Shown: positions 7,340 to 17,999 of the stretch, one piece after another
Layout: each line of letters begins with the position of its first letter
How positions within the stretch are numbered: the stretch's first letter is position 1
Program-made: the position numbers and the translations under genes
Notes under the pieces: generated by a model
Seen by the model: the letters and a program-made list of their open reading frames with translations, nothing else
What the model was told of the DNA's origin: nothing
The model's database searches: none
Origin: an uncultured archaeon
GTDB lineage: Archaea; Asgardarchaeota; Thorarchaeia; Thorarchaeales; CAZPUN01
Reading direction: 5' to 3'
Assembly: GCA_964589775.1 (NCBI GenBank)
Contig: CAZPUN010000062.1
Span: 1-32,000, forward strand
DNA length: 32,000 nt

Positions 7340-10273
7340 TTATAGGTTCCGAAGCTGTTGAGCTACGTCAAGTTCTCCGGCTTTTCCGCTCTTCTTCCAA
7401 CATATCCATATACTAACTATTGAGATCAAACCGAATAATATTGTTAGATCTAAGACTGGAACAGTAATGATTAAATCTATTACGTATGGCATTGGGAATC
7501 GATTTATCGCCATTACTTGAATCATATATGTGAGTAGAATCCCAAGTCCAAGTCCAACTGTTAATGATGCTATTACCAAGCTTGAAAATTCTAGCATTAT
7601 TACTTTTGTAATTTTCTTGCGTGATGCTCCTATGGCTCGTAGTATTGCTATTTCGTTTTTCCTATCGGATATTACCGAACCCATTATGACGCTTAAGCCA
7701 ACAAAGCCAATAACGGTTGCTGTTAGAAATTCGATGCCTAAGATTCCCATAGTATCTTTCATGAATTTATGCTGCGCAACACTTTCTGACCAAACATAGA
7801 AATCATTTTCTGACAACACCTGTTCGACTATATCTAAGTTTTTAAGTCGTTGAGAAATTCGGGGATCGGTCGAATATGGATTTCTCTGTGCCAAAACAAT
7901 TTTATTTTCTGCAAATGTGCCTATGTTTAAAGTTTTTGTCAATAAATCTATTGGAACAATTACGAACGGTTTATTCATTTGTAATCCGAATCCTCTCTGG
8001 ATTGCTTGAGCATTTGGTTCTGCAAATCCTAGGCCTGGTGCAGAATTTAGAATTCCCACGATAGTTAGATTTCTGCTGTTCCATGCTCCGATGCCTGGAA
8101 TCTGATTTATCTCGATTTCAATTACAGAGCCAATTGTCAGATTTAGTGCATTAGCAAGGCTTTGATATATTAGAATTGTATCTCTATTTTTCGCCATTTG
8201 GTCTATCGCATCTCTGAGATTTCCTTCTTTTAATGAACTTTTGTCCCAATGAGCAATGGCATAGTTTGCTTCAGGATCTATTCCTACAACTGAAAATTCT
8301 GTGTGCATTCCAACACGACCTGGTGTGGATACAATTGCAGTTGCTCTTTCTATGCCACATACTTGTACAATTTGATCAATTGCTTGTGTTGCATCTATTT
8401 TTGTTGTAATACGATAATCTGCTCCTAGATAATAATCAAATTCGCGTATATTGTTAGTTTGGATTGTAGTTGTTTCTGTTATTGCAAACACGGATACTGA
8501 AAAGATTAATGTCAGGATAATCACGAGAGGTAATGTTTTTTGTGCTCTACGTTTCATACTTATTATAGACAAAATGGCTTCGGTTCCCAATCGATTAGTT
8601 GAGCGTTCATAGATTTTTCGTATAAAACTTCTAATTCCTGAGGAGAGGCTCCAGCCGGCTAATATCCATATTACAAGGGTTATGATGAACTGGATATCTC
8701 CAAAAACTGAATTTGAAACAGCACTCATGAAGAAGTATTCCATTACAAGCAGAATAAAGGCGATAATTCCTGCAGCCTTAGGTCCTCTTCCAATTCTTGA
8801 TTCTGGTTCGAGTTTGACTGTTGTTTCTCTTACGGATGTTTTCAAGAACGCTGTTAGGTCCTTGAATGATATTACAATTGGTAATCCTATTGCGATGATT
8901 ATTGTACCGATTAAGATATCTGGTGTGAAATAGATCGCGTTTATGTGTTTTATTAGTTCATTAAAATTAATTTGCATAAATCCATTTGTACTGGGTATTA
9001 CAACACCAAAGACCGTGCCCAATATTATCCCTATGAATTCTCCAATTAATGGAATGAATGTATATTCTAAACCTAATGCACCATATATCTGAGAATTTGT
9101 AGCTCCTTTTGCTCGTAGCCGTCCTACTTCGTTTCGTCTTGTTGTAGTTAAAATTTTTGAGGCATAAACTGTAAAGATAATGGATATTATTACTGCAGGG
9201 ATTGTAAATAGCATAGATGCTTCACTTTGAATAAATCTGCCAATTTTAATTTCTAAATCCGTAATTGTTTTTGATTCTACATTTGATACATAATATTCTC
9301 TAACAAGCTTATTTCGTAATATTGTTAGTGTATTCGGCATATTTGTAAATCCCAAGTCATAAAGGATCTTTATATTTGGTCTGAGTAATAACTGTGGTAG
9401 AAAACCACCTTGAATTAGATCACTTTTGAAAGTTTCATCAAGTAATTTGTCTGATAATATTATTGAATCCGCCCAGCCTAAAACATCTTCAATCGGTGTT
9501 TTATTATCGCTCTCACGACTGACTGATGGGAATTTATTATTAAGATCTACCAATTCTTCACTGTTGTAAATACCCACGATTTTTAAGTCTGATATTTTTG
9601 TAAAATTAAAATCTGAGAAATGGTTTGTTGAACCCCATGAAACCGCATGTTTTGCAATATTTATGTCTATGTGTTGTCCGATTTCGAGTTCTGTTCCGAA
9701 GATATTTTGATAATCTTCTACAAATCTTTTACTAACTAAAATTGTGTTGTTTTCAAGTGTATAAAAACCTGTGATATTTAGCCGTTCTTTGTTGCGCTCC
9801 AGGAAACTATTGGAAACAAAGAATGCTTGGAAATCTTTAATAGACTCACTATATGGATAGTATGGAAATTCTTCGCTATTGTTCCATATTTTTGTAGTAT
9901 AGATACCATAGCTCCAAAATACAACATCAGTACTTTCTATTAATTGATAATTGTTCGTTATTGAATCTGAAATTTCTGAAAGATAATTTGGATTATCAAG
10001 TTTTGTGGGTGTTAGCCCTATAGGATATGCTGTCTCTCTAAAGTAATCTTGGGTCATTACTTTTGAATCTGTATTTGTCCATATATACATAGATGATACA
10101 ATTGAGACACTTATCGTGAATAACAGTATTAGTGTTAATGATCTTGAGCGATTTCTTGTCATACTTGAATATGCATATTTGAACAGGAACATTGTTTTTA
10201 CGCGTGTTGATTCATTGATAGGGTTTTTTTCGCGTTTCAAGTTGATCACCCACTTTACAGGATTGTGCCACAT
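7340..10273 (-). CDS. ABC transporter permease, MacB/FtsX family (two-module, large extracellular domains)
   Basis: Two FtsX motifs, RRNEVGRLRAKGAT and RKNEIAILRAIGASR, and about 8 TM helices. The true start is probably 10249 (GTG) or 10240 (TTG), after the ATPase stop. Confidence 0.9.
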   Translation of the reverse strand: MWHNPVKWVINLKREKNPINESTRVKTMFLFKYAYSSMTRNRSRSLTLILLFTISVSIVSSMYIWTNTDSKVMTQDYFRETAYPIGLTPTKLDNPNYLSEISDSITNNYQLIESTDVVFWSYGIYTTKIWNNSEEFPYYPYSESIKDFQAFFVSNSFLERNKERLNITGFYTLENNTILVSKRFVEDYQNIFGTELEIGQHIDINIAKHAVSWGSTNHFSDFNFTKISDLKIVGIYNSEELVDLNNKFPSVSRESDNKTPIEDVLGWADSIILSDKLLDETFKSDLIQGGFLPQLLLRPNIKILYDLGFTNMPNTLTILRNKLVREYYVSNVESKTITDLEIKIGRFIQSEASMLFTIPAVIISIIFTVYASKILTTTRRNEVGRLRAKGATNSQIYGALGLEYTFIPLIGEFIGIILGTVFGVVIPSTNGFMQINFNELIKHINAIYFTPDILIGTIIIAIGLPIVISFKDLTAFLKTSVRETTVKLEPESRIGRGPKAAGIIAFILLVMEYFFMSAVSNSVFGDIQFIITLVIWILAGWSLSSGIRSFIRKIYERSTNRLGTEAILSIISMKRRAQKTLPLVIILTLIFSVSVFAITETTTIQTNNIREFDYYLGADYRITTKIDATQAIDQIVQVCGIERATAIVSTPGRVGMHTEFSVVGIDPEANYAIAHWDKSSLKEGNLRDAIDQMAKNRDTILIYQSLANALNLTIGSVIEIEINQIPGIGAWNSRNLTIVGILNSAPGLGFAEPNAQAIQRGFGLQMNKPFVIVPIDLLTKTLNIGTFAENKIVLAQRNPYSTDPRISQRLKNLDIVEQVLSENDFYVWSESVAQHKFMKDTMGILGIEFLTATVIGFVGLSVIMGSVISDRKNEIAILRAIGASRKKITKVIMLEFSSLVIASLTVGLGLGILLTYMIQVMAINRFPMPYVIDLIITVPVLDLTILFGLISIVSIWICWKKSGKAGELDVAQQLRNL

Positions 10274-11274
10274 TCAGGGCATGTTGTACGATCTTTTGGA
10301 ACTAAAGCACCGCATACTTTACAGGTTACTAATTCAACAGCAACTTTTCTAGCTTTTTCGCCTTCTTTTCGGGGGAGAAGTAAGATATTACCATCTATAA
10401 TTTCAAGCTGGAATTCTTTTGGATTACCTATTTTACTTAATATGGAATTCGGAAGATGTATTCGTCCTTGGTTATCTAATCTTAGAATTCTTGTTCTATC
10501 AAGGTCTCTGATCGAAACACGGTCATTATGAATTCCTGAAACGATTCCATCAGAAATTTCTAATGTTCTTCTTGCTTTAGATGCAACTTGTTGTGAATGG
10601 GTTACAATTAAAAACGCCACACCGGTTTCTTTATTCAATCTTCTGAACAAGTCAAGTATTTTTTCAGCGTTTACAGCATCTAGAGACCCTGTAGGTTCAT
10701 CTGCCAATACTAGTCTTGGATTATTTACAAGTGCTGATGCTATTGCCACACGTTGCATTTCTCCACCAGACAATGCATTTGGAAAGTGTTTAGCTCTATG
10801 TTCTAAACCTACTGCATTTAGTAAATATTCAACACGTTTTTTGCGTTCAGATTTTGGGACTCCTGCAATTCTTGCGGGTAATTCAATATTTTCATATGCT
10901 GTGAGATATGGGTTCAGATTCCCAGTTTGAAATACAAAACCGATAAAATGGCGTCTTGCTTTAGTAATTTCATGTACATCTAACTTTGTAATATCATGCT
11001 TATTGATCGACCAATAAACTCTTCCTGCTGTTGCTCTATCGAGTCCTCCTAATATGTTCAATAGCGTTGTTTTTCCAGAACCAGATGGACCTATAATTGC
11101 GATTAATTCTCCATCGTATACTTGAAGTGTAACCCCTCTAAGCGCAACAGTTTCGATTTCTCCTTGTTTATATATTTTATACACATCTTCTGCAGAAATG
11201 ATTAAATCATCTGTATATTCATATTTTATGTCTTCAACTTCTTTTGTTGCAGGTTTATCTATTGCTTCTGTCAT
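10255..11274 (-). CDS. ABC transporter ATP-binding protein (LolD/MacB type) with C-terminal AbrB-like segment and Zn ribbon
   Basis: Walker A GPSGSGKT, signature LSGGEMQR, Walker B LADEPTG, H-loop IVTH. Tail LDNQGRIHLP...CKVC...CPECG. Confidence 0.93.
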   Translation of the reverse strand: MTEAIDKPATKEVEDIKYEYTDDLIISAEDVYKIYKQGEIETVALRGVTLQVYDGELIAIIGPSGSGKTTLLNILGGLDRATAGRVYWSINKHDITKLDVHEITKARRHFIGFVFQTGNLNPYLTAYENIELPARIAGVPKSERKKRVEYLLNAVGLEHRAKHFPNALSGGEMQRVAIASALVNNPRLVLADEPTGSLDAVNAEKILDLFRRLNKETGVAFLIVTHSQQVASKARRTLEISDGIVSGIHNDRVSIRDLDRTRILRLDNQGRIHLPNSILSKIGNPKEFQLEIIDGNILLLPRKEGEKARKVAVELVTCKVCGALVPKDRTTCPECGTIL

Positions 11275-12002
11275 TTCGTGTCATCTCCTTCAGGGTTAAA
11301 ATATTCTGTTGGAATCTCAGAATGCACTTTTCCATCTTTCAATAGGAGAACTCTATCTGCTCTTCGTGCAATTGATTGATCGTGTGTTGCCAATAGTACG
11401 GTAACTCCATCTTTTTCTGCAAGTTCGCGTACGAGTGCCATTACGACATCTCCCGTGGCAACATCAAGGTTTCCCGTCAATTCATCTGCGATTAATATGG
11501 ATGCATCATTTGCTAAAGCTCGGGCGATAGCAACTCTTTGTTGTTGCCCTCCTGATAATTCATCGGGTTTATGTAGCGCATAATCCTTCATTCCCACGCG
11601 TTCAAGAAGTTTTAATGCCTTCTTTCGACGTTTTTCATCATCTTTTATGCCTGCAAAAATTAATGGCACTTCTACATTTTCTATAGCATTCAAGTATGGT
11701 AGTAAGTAAAATGCCTGAAATACAACTCCTATTTTTGTTCTTCTAACCATAGAAATTGCTTCATCATTCAAGTCGTTTACTTTCATTCCATCTAAGATTA
11801 AATCACCATAATCTGCTTTATCCAAACAACTAATTATATTTAGTAGGGTTGTTTTTCCAGAACCGGATGGCCCTACAATTGCTACAATTTCGCCTCGATT
11901 CACTTCTAAATTGATTCCTTTTAGCACGTGGACTACTGCCGGGCCATCTTTGTATGTTTTGTGAATATCTCGTGCTACGATTACCGGAAATGATTTTGAC
12001 AT
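11271..12002 (-). CDS. ABC transporter ATP-binding protein (LolD/MacB type)
   Basis: GPSGSGKT, LSGGQQQR, IADELTGNLD, ATHD. GAGGTGA RBS. ATGA overlap with the next ATPase. Confidence 0.95.
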   Translation of the reverse strand: MSKSFPVIVARDIHKTYKDGPAVVHVLKGINLEVNRGEIVAIVGPSGSGKTTLLNIISCLDKADYGDLILDGMKVNDLNDEAISMVRRTKIGVVFQAFYLLPYLNAIENVEVPLIFAGIKDDEKRRKKALKLLERVGMKDYALHKPDELSGGQQQRVAIARALANDASILIADELTGNLDVATGDVVMALVRELAEKDGVTVLLATHDQSIARRADRVLLLKDGKVHSEIPTEYFNPEGDDTK

Positions 12003-12029
12003 TTTTTCACCTCAGACAATTTATTTTCA

Positions 12030-15008
12030 TTAAAGTTCCCTCAAAACTTGGGTGATGTTTACATTGGTCGCCTTTCTTGTAGGCAGTAAACAAATTCCAA
12101 TATTGATAGCAAGTATCATCAGAAATATTGTAATCAGGATTGGCCATGGTATTATTACTGTAAATGGTAAGACTGTTGGGAATGGGAATAGAGATCTTAA
12201 AACCGCGAGTAAGAGCCAAGATATCGCAATACCTAAGACTATACCTACAATGAATGCTGATATTACAATGCCTACAAATTCGCCGAATACTATTTTCCTG
12301 ATTTGGTGTTTCCTCGCACCTATAGCTCTATATATCGCATATTCCTTTTGACGTTCTATTATTATTGCGCTCATGATAACACTAATTGCTAGAACGCTCA
12401 TTACAAGCCCAATTAAGAACTCAAAAGACAATGCACCGTATAATCCTGATAGGAATATTTTAACATGTGCGGGTAGGTCATTTATTGAATATGTTAATGG
12501 TGTATATACCTGCTTTACTATTGGAATATTATTAATTATATCAACGAGATCTTTTGCAGGAACTGAACCATCAGTTGATGCTATAAATTGGTCTAGCACC
12601 TTGTATTTTGATGCGTTTAATGTATTCCATAAATAATTAAAGTCCATAATTGCGAATTGGCTTTCAAATTGGAAACTTAAACTTCTGTTCAAGTCTTCTT
12701 CGGTTGGTGCTGCAACGCCTAGACCCGGTGCTGAATGAATTATTCCGCGTACAGTTACTTTAACTTTTCTCTGAATAGCACTTCCTTTTCCTAAATACAA
12801 ATTGATAGTTATATTATCCCCTATTGAAAGTGTATTGTCTTTCGCGAATTTATCATTAATAATAATTCCCGGATGTTGTGTATCTGTTAATGCTGTCAAC
12901 GAATCTTTTGGATTCCCTTTCGTAAAGCTTGTCTCATACCAATACCCTATTTGTAGATATTTGAGCGATTCCACTCCAAAAACTGCTAAGTCTTGTTCTG
13001 CAACAGTTGATGGAAACATCACTAGTGGTGTGGCATTTGCAATTCCATTTATTGATTCTAATTGTTCGACAAGTGTATAGTTTGTATTGAACGTTGTGAT
13101 TCTGAAATCTGCACCTATATCGTATGAGTATTGTTGATATGTATTGTTTTGGACAGTCTGAGTTTCAACAATTGCGAATACACCTAATGAAAAGGTTAGC
13201 GTAAGAATTACAAGTAATGAGACGACCTTTTCCTTTCGGCGTTCTAAGCTGGCAACAATTAATAGCGTTTCAATACCCAAGAATCTCTTCAAGGACTTTG
13301 CTACGCGTTCAACGAACTTTCTTAATGATATTGAGCCAGCTGCACTTACAAGAACCCAAACTAGTATTATAAATCCTGTTTGTATTCCTCGTAATATTGG
13401 ATTAACTTCTGATGTTAATACCCAATGACCAAACAAGATTGCTATTATTGCTACTAGGACCATATATATTGCGACATATCTGTGTTTTACATCTTTCTCT
13501 TGTTTTTCTAATCTTTGCAGATTTGCCTTAATTTCGCGTCGTACGAATAACCAGACATCTTGGAATGTAATTAAGATTGGAATTACTATTGTAAGCATTA
13601 GGGTTATTACTACTGAAACATTAGAGATTGTCAAGCTTCCCATATAGTTAAAGAAGACCGACATATCGAATTGCAAGAAACTAGTCGATGCCGGTATTAA
13701 ACAGCCTACAATTCCACCTCCAATAATACCGAATATAAATGCTATACTGGATAGAATTACAAATTCAGTCAAAAAGATCCCAATTATTTGATACTGGCTT
13801 GTTCCTTTAGCTCTTAATATTCCTATTTCTTCCTTTCGTGTTTTTGCTAAAGTCCTACTATTTGATACCGTGATCATAAATGACAAAATTAACGCCGGAG
13901 CCAAGAAGAGAAGTATTGTTTGTGATGAGAGATATTGATTTATCGCATTTTCCAAATCTTCGACTACATTGTATCCAAAGACGTGTAATTTGTATGTTGT
14001 TTCTAATCGTATCTTTAGATCCTTAAGTGCATTGGCAGAATTTATATAACCCGAAGTTAATAATGCCTTGGGATCTGCTCTTATTAGAAAGTGTGGCTGG
14101 GTCAATCTTGCCAATCTATCCTTTGGATTTGGCCCCATAATAGAAACTGGTAATATTATTGAATCTACTAGACCAAAAACTTCTTCTGGAAGACCAAATG
14201 GATAATTCACTCGCATTGTCGATGGGAATGTATTAAATAGTACATTGTCTTCTCTTTTTATTGAATAAATTGCTTTTATTTTCAGATTTTTCAGAGTGAC
14301 AAATTGATATTGATAATATACTGGATAATTACTTGTATGTAAGCTTGTTGCTACGTCTAGTCTATCAATTACATCTCCAACTTTTAATGTTCTATTATAT
14401 ATCCGTTTAAAATCATCAATGACTCTTTGACTTACCAATACTTCTAAATTATTATATACAAAGCGTCCTGTAACAGGATCTCTATATCCATATGAGCCTT
14501 TTTCTGATAACGAAAAGTCTCCTGTATAATTAAAATGCATTTTTGTATGTTCTAAAAATTCTGGTTCTACAAAATAGGCCGCCATATCTTTGATTTTATA
14601 TGAATATGGCGTTTGATATTCAAAATGGCCCAAAGATACCCATGATACATTATAGAATGCTTTTGTTTCAATTACCAAATCTGCTGTATCAACTATTTTA
14701 TCACTTTCTACCTTTTGTTGGAGCGTTTTTAGATATTCAAAAGAATGGATTGGTGCAACATCTGTAGGGTATGTATTAAATTGATATGTATTTTTATCTA
14801 AATATTTGTTTAGTTCAATTGTGGGGCCTGTTTCAGTCCAGAACAAAATACTTGAAAATAAAGTAACACTAATCATAAATCCTATTACTAAAGATATTGA
14901 ACGCCTTCTATTTTTTCTCATACTTCGCATTGCATACGTAATCATAAATAAACCGCGAGATAATTTACTCTGTTTTTTTCCTTTGAAAATTTCTGATGTA
15001 CTCGTCAT
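12030..15008 (-). CDS. ABC transporter permease, MacB/FtsX family (paralogue of 7340-10273)
   Basis: RKEEIGILRAKGTS and RQKEYAIYRAIGARK motifs. Shares GAD(F/Y)RITT, SAPGLG and EF-containing segments with the other permease. Confidence 0.9.
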   Translation of the reverse strand: MTSTSEIFKGKKQSKLSRGLFMITYAMRSMRKNRRRSISLVIGFMISVTLFSSILFWTETGPTIELNKYLDKNTYQFNTYPTDVAPIHSFEYLKTLQQKVESDKIVDTADLVIETKAFYNVSWVSLGHFEYQTPYSYKIKDMAAYFVEPEFLEHTKMHFNYTGDFSLSEKGSYGYRDPVTGRFVYNNLEVLVSQRVIDDFKRIYNRTLKVGDVIDRLDVATSLHTSNYPVYYQYQFVTLKNLKIKAIYSIKREDNVLFNTFPSTMRVNYPFGLPEEVFGLVDSIILPVSIMGPNPKDRLARLTQPHFLIRADPKALLTSGYINSANALKDLKIRLETTYKLHVFGYNVVEDLENAINQYLSSQTILLFLAPALILSFMITVSNSRTLAKTRKEEIGILRAKGTSQYQIIGIFLTEFVILSSIAFIFGIIGGGIVGCLIPASTSFLQFDMSVFFNYMGSLTISNVSVVITLMLTIVIPILITFQDVWLFVRREIKANLQRLEKQEKDVKHRYVAIYMVLVAIIAILFGHWVLTSEVNPILRGIQTGFIILVWVLVSAAGSISLRKFVERVAKSLKRFLGIETLLIVASLERRKEKVVSLLVILTLTFSLGVFAIVETQTVQNNTYQQYSYDIGADFRITTFNTNYTLVEQLESINGIANATPLVMFPSTVAEQDLAVFGVESLKYLQIGYWYETSFTKGNPKDSLTALTDTQHPGIIINDKFAKDNTLSIGDNITINLYLGKGSAIQRKVKVTVRGIIHSAPGLGVAAPTEEDLNRSLSFQFESQFAIMDFNYLWNTLNASKYKVLDQFIASTDGSVPAKDLVDIINNIPIVKQVYTPLTYSINDLPAHVKIFLSGLYGALSFEFLIGLVMSVLAISVIMSAIIIERQKEYAIYRAIGARKHQIRKIVFGEFVGIVISAFIVGIVLGIAISWLLLAVLRSLFPFPTVLPFTVIIPWPILITIFLMILAINIGICLLPTRKATNVNITQVLREL

Positions 15009-15020
15009 ATATCTCTTCTC

Positions 15021-16535
15021 CTACCTTTCCTTTTTCTTAACATGCCTGAACCACAATGCAATTGCTACAACCGCTATAGAAGCAGCTATCATAATGTATA
15101 TCGTTTGCCGATCAATCTTGATCTCAAAACTAATCGATACTGGACTTGAACCTTGAGCTAAATCTGAAACTATGAATATTTTTGCAACATACTGTCCTCG
15201 TTCAAAATTCAAAGCTGATAATTCTACACTCCAAATATCCTTCGTGCTATCGTATGTGAGAGACGTAGTTGTTATATTTTCTAAAGTTTCCATGTCTGTA
15301 CTGTTTGTAACCATTATACCCGGTGGGACTTCATAGATTATACATTCCATTTTCAAGTTTGTATATTCATTGACACTTTTTCCAGGTTCGTTCGTTATTA
15401 CATCGGATAATTTTATATTAATCGTAAATAGGCTTGTACTAATCTTTGGTGTTGATGCGGATATTGTAAATATTCTTCGTGTTATTTTTAATTGCTGAAT
15501 CGGATAACCTTCTGAAAACATCAAGAACAATTGATTGTTAGAATCTTTGCCAATTAATGGGTCTATACCCGCATTTAACCAAAATTTTCTGGGCCTTAAC
15601 CAAGTCTTTCCATCTGCCGAATATGCAGAATATATCTTATGACCTGATATTGTTTCCGATTCGAAATAAAGCATAAACACGCCATTATCATTTACGAATA
15701 AACTAGGCATCATGTCATTATTGTTGCCATTTTCGTCATTTTCTGCAGCTAATATGGGGCTTGTCCAATTAATCAAATTATTTGAACTTGTAATATATAT
15801 ATCATAGTCTGTACCATTTATTGAGTTATCATTATCTTTAATGAATGTCATATAATAATTGTTAGCATGGCTAATAATTCTCGGCTGCAGTGCGTTTGTG
15901 TTGAAAAATGTAATCTGTGTTTCATTTGTAAGTTGATAAAGTGTTGTGTTCAAGCTCATTTTATAGATGTTAAAAATTCCTGTATGATTTGCTGCATAAA
16001 ATAGTGTGATATTTCCATTATCGTTAACAATTGTGGGATGTATGTAACTAACATTTCCGCTTCCGATTGTTTTTATTGAAGACCATTCTGCGGTGAAAAT
16101 GTCTTTTGAAACATTTGCATATACAATTCCAATTCGATAGTTTCCACTTGTTTGCATTGTAAATGCGACAGCAATGATATTCTTGTTAATTTGGACAATA
16201 CTCGGATAGAAAAAGTCTATTGTAGATACATTAAATTCTTTAACAATTTTGAAATCATAGTTTTCATCTATCATATTTTCGGCTTTTAGAATATATATAG
16301 ATCTTAAATCTGTTCCACTATTCGCTGCAGTCATTGCGAACAATAATCCATAACTTGTACTGGCGTACGTAGTTTGGGTGCATTCAAAATTTTCTAGTGG
16401 TGCAATGATTTTTGGTGGGATCATTCCATTTTCTACTTGTGCATCAACATGAACAATATTATTCGACGTATTAATTTGAACAAATATAATCATCACTAAG
16501 ACAATTAATTTTATTGTATTCCTTGCTACTCTCAT
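15021..16535 (-). CDS. Secreted, C-terminally membrane-anchored protein with BNR/Asp-box (sialidase-like propeller) repeats
   Basis: N-terminal signal-like MRVARNTIKLIVLVMIIFV. Repeated P-S/T-hydrophobic blades (YPSIV, HPTIV, QPRII, MPSLF). Asp-boxes SSNNLINW and SADGKTW. C-terminal TM helix plus RHVKKKER. Confidence 0.7.
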   Translation of the reverse strand: MRVARNTIKLIVLVMIIFVQINTSNNIVHVDAQVENGMIPPKIIAPLENFECTQTTYASTSYGLLFAMTAANSGTDLRSIYILKAENMIDENYDFKIVKEFNVSTIDFFYPSIVQINKNIIAVAFTMQTSGNYRIGIVYANVSKDIFTAEWSSIKTIGSGNVSYIHPTIVNDNGNITLFYAANHTGIFNIYKMSLNTTLYQLTNETQITFFNTNALQPRIISHANNYYMTFIKDNDNSINGTDYDIYITSSNNLINWTSPILAAENDENGNNNDMMPSLFVNDNGVFMLYFESETISGHKIYSAYSADGKTWLRPRKFWLNAGIDPLIGKDSNNQLFLMFSEGYPIQQLKITRRIFTISASTPKISTSLFTINIKLSDVITNEPGKSVNEYTNLKMECIIYEVPPGIMVTNSTDMETLENITTTSLTYDSTKDIWSVELSALNFERGQYVAKIFIVSDLAQGSSPVSISFEIKIDRQTIYIMIAASIAVVAIALWFRHVKKKER

Positions 16536-16753
16536 GGGCCAGCATCACATTCTTTTCCTTTTGATGGAAGGTTGAAAAAGATATATATAATATTTAACAC
16601 TAGCGCAATTCATATTTTCTATATGTATAGTTTTAATTTTACATTTGTTTTATTTTATCAATTTTTAATTTTATTTTTTAAGTTATAGCCTAGTAAATCT
16701 TTTATTTATAGAATTACAGAACTCTAACTAGAGTTTGATACTGGTGAGAAACT

Positions 16754-17539
16754 ATGCATTTCATTAAGTCATTGATATTGGGCAGTCCGAATGACATAGC
16801 ACATCAAAAATTTACTAAGTTTGGTATTGGCGACTTTCCGGGACCACAACTTGTGATTAAAAAATCATCTAAGAGAATTACTCTGATTTCAGATATTGAT
16901 TATGATGATTTAATATTCCGGATTTTTGTAAATGCAATTCCGAATGATTCGCAGGAATATGAAGTAAAAGGGAATATTGTTGTTTATGCTTATTATAGTA
17001 AAGAGCGAGATAAATTCAATAATACTGTGTTTGATATTTCATGGAAAAACAAGAAGCTTACATATGTAGGATCTGTAAAACAAGTTGTAAAGAAAGAAGA
17101 TTTAGTTAGTTTAGGAAAAATTGAATTTCCAGGTCTTTATTACATGCTGACGATTAAGCCCAAGCCTTCATTATCTCCGTGGTCTCTTACTACAAAAACT
17201 AGATTTCCAAAACTTGATAAGCCTGATGAAGCAGAAGAAGGTGCAAAGGAGAAATTACCAACATATTGTAAAGCAGTTCTTAGTTTCTCTGATGAAACTC
17301 TTCAAGCTATACTTGATGAAGCGGTTCCCAAATTAAAAGACCGTATAGATCCAAAATTCAAAGTTCTGAAGATTAAAAACCGCTTTGTAATTGATGAGTT
17401 GATCTTTCCGCCTGACAAGGATAGTATTTCTCCTGCAGAGCTTAGAAGGCAAACCAAGCGGAAGGGTAAGATCATACAGACCATTTATGTTGATGGAGAT
17501 CCTCAAGGCATTCAAAATGAATATGAATTCGTAGCTTAA
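16754..17539 (+). CDS. Hypothetical soluble protein (261 aa)
   Basis: Full ORF with GGTGA RBS and a T-rich tract after the stop. Function not recognised. Confidence 0.85.
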   Translation: MHFIKSLILGSPNDIAHQKFTKFGIGDFPGPQLVIKKSSKRITLISDIDYDDLIFRIFVNAIPNDSQEYEVKGNIVVYAYYSKERDKFNNTVFDISWKNKKLTYVGSVKQVVKKEDLVSLGKIEFPGLYYMLTIKPKPSLSPWSLTTKTRFPKLDKPDEAEEGAKEKLPTYCKAVLSFSDETLQAILDEAVPKLKDRIDPKFKVLKIKNRFVIDELIFPPDKDSISPAELRRQTKRKGKIIQTIYVDGDPQGIQNEYEFVA

Positions 17540-17560
17540 TTTTTCCATTTTTATTTTTGT
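17540..17560 (+). terminator. Oligo-T archaeal terminator candidate
   Basis: TTTTTCCATTTTTATTTTTG directly after the stop codon. Confidence 0.4.
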
Positions 17561-17625
17561 ATTTGATTTGTAAAGATAAGATTTTTAAGATGAATGATAA
17601 ACAATCAATTAGCATTTAGAAATCG

Positions 17626-17847
17626 GTGATAAACATGCTTCCAGAATTACTATTCTTAACAAGTGACCTTATGGTTATACTAGGTACAATTGGTATTGCA
17701 TTAGGTGTAATTTCATTAATTTGGCTAATAATTCATGTTGAATACGGTCGTGAATTCTCATGGATTAAAGCAATTTCGGCAATCATACTAGCATCATTAT
17801 TTTTGGGATTTGGTATTAACCTTCTTGTCGTTATGATGGGACTATAA
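17626..17847 (+). CDS. Small membrane protein, 2 TM helices (~70 aa)
   Basis: Two hydrophobic helices joined by HVEYGREFSW. GGTGA at 17625 suggests the ATG at 17635 is the real start. Confidence 0.75.
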   Translation: MINMLPELLFLTSDLMVILGTIGIALGVISLIWLIIHVEYGREFSWIKAISAIILASLFLGFGINLLVVMMGL

Positions 17848-17962
17848 TTAAGGGTTTTAAAACCCTTTTTAGTCCAATATTGTCTTTTATCTATTTTTAC
17901 ATAAAAATTATTTATAGGAACACGTCTGAAAAACATTGTTTTTGAAATATATGCCTAACCGC

Positions 17963-17977
17963 CGAAAAGTTCATAAA
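17963..17977 (+). promoter_or_regulatory. BRE + TATA-like archaeal promoter
   Basis: CGAAAAG (BRE) directly followed by TTCATAAA. Standard spacing predicts a TSS near 18000, where the structured element begins. Confidence 0.55.
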
Positions 17978-17999
17978 ACCGTAAGCATATAACTTAAAC

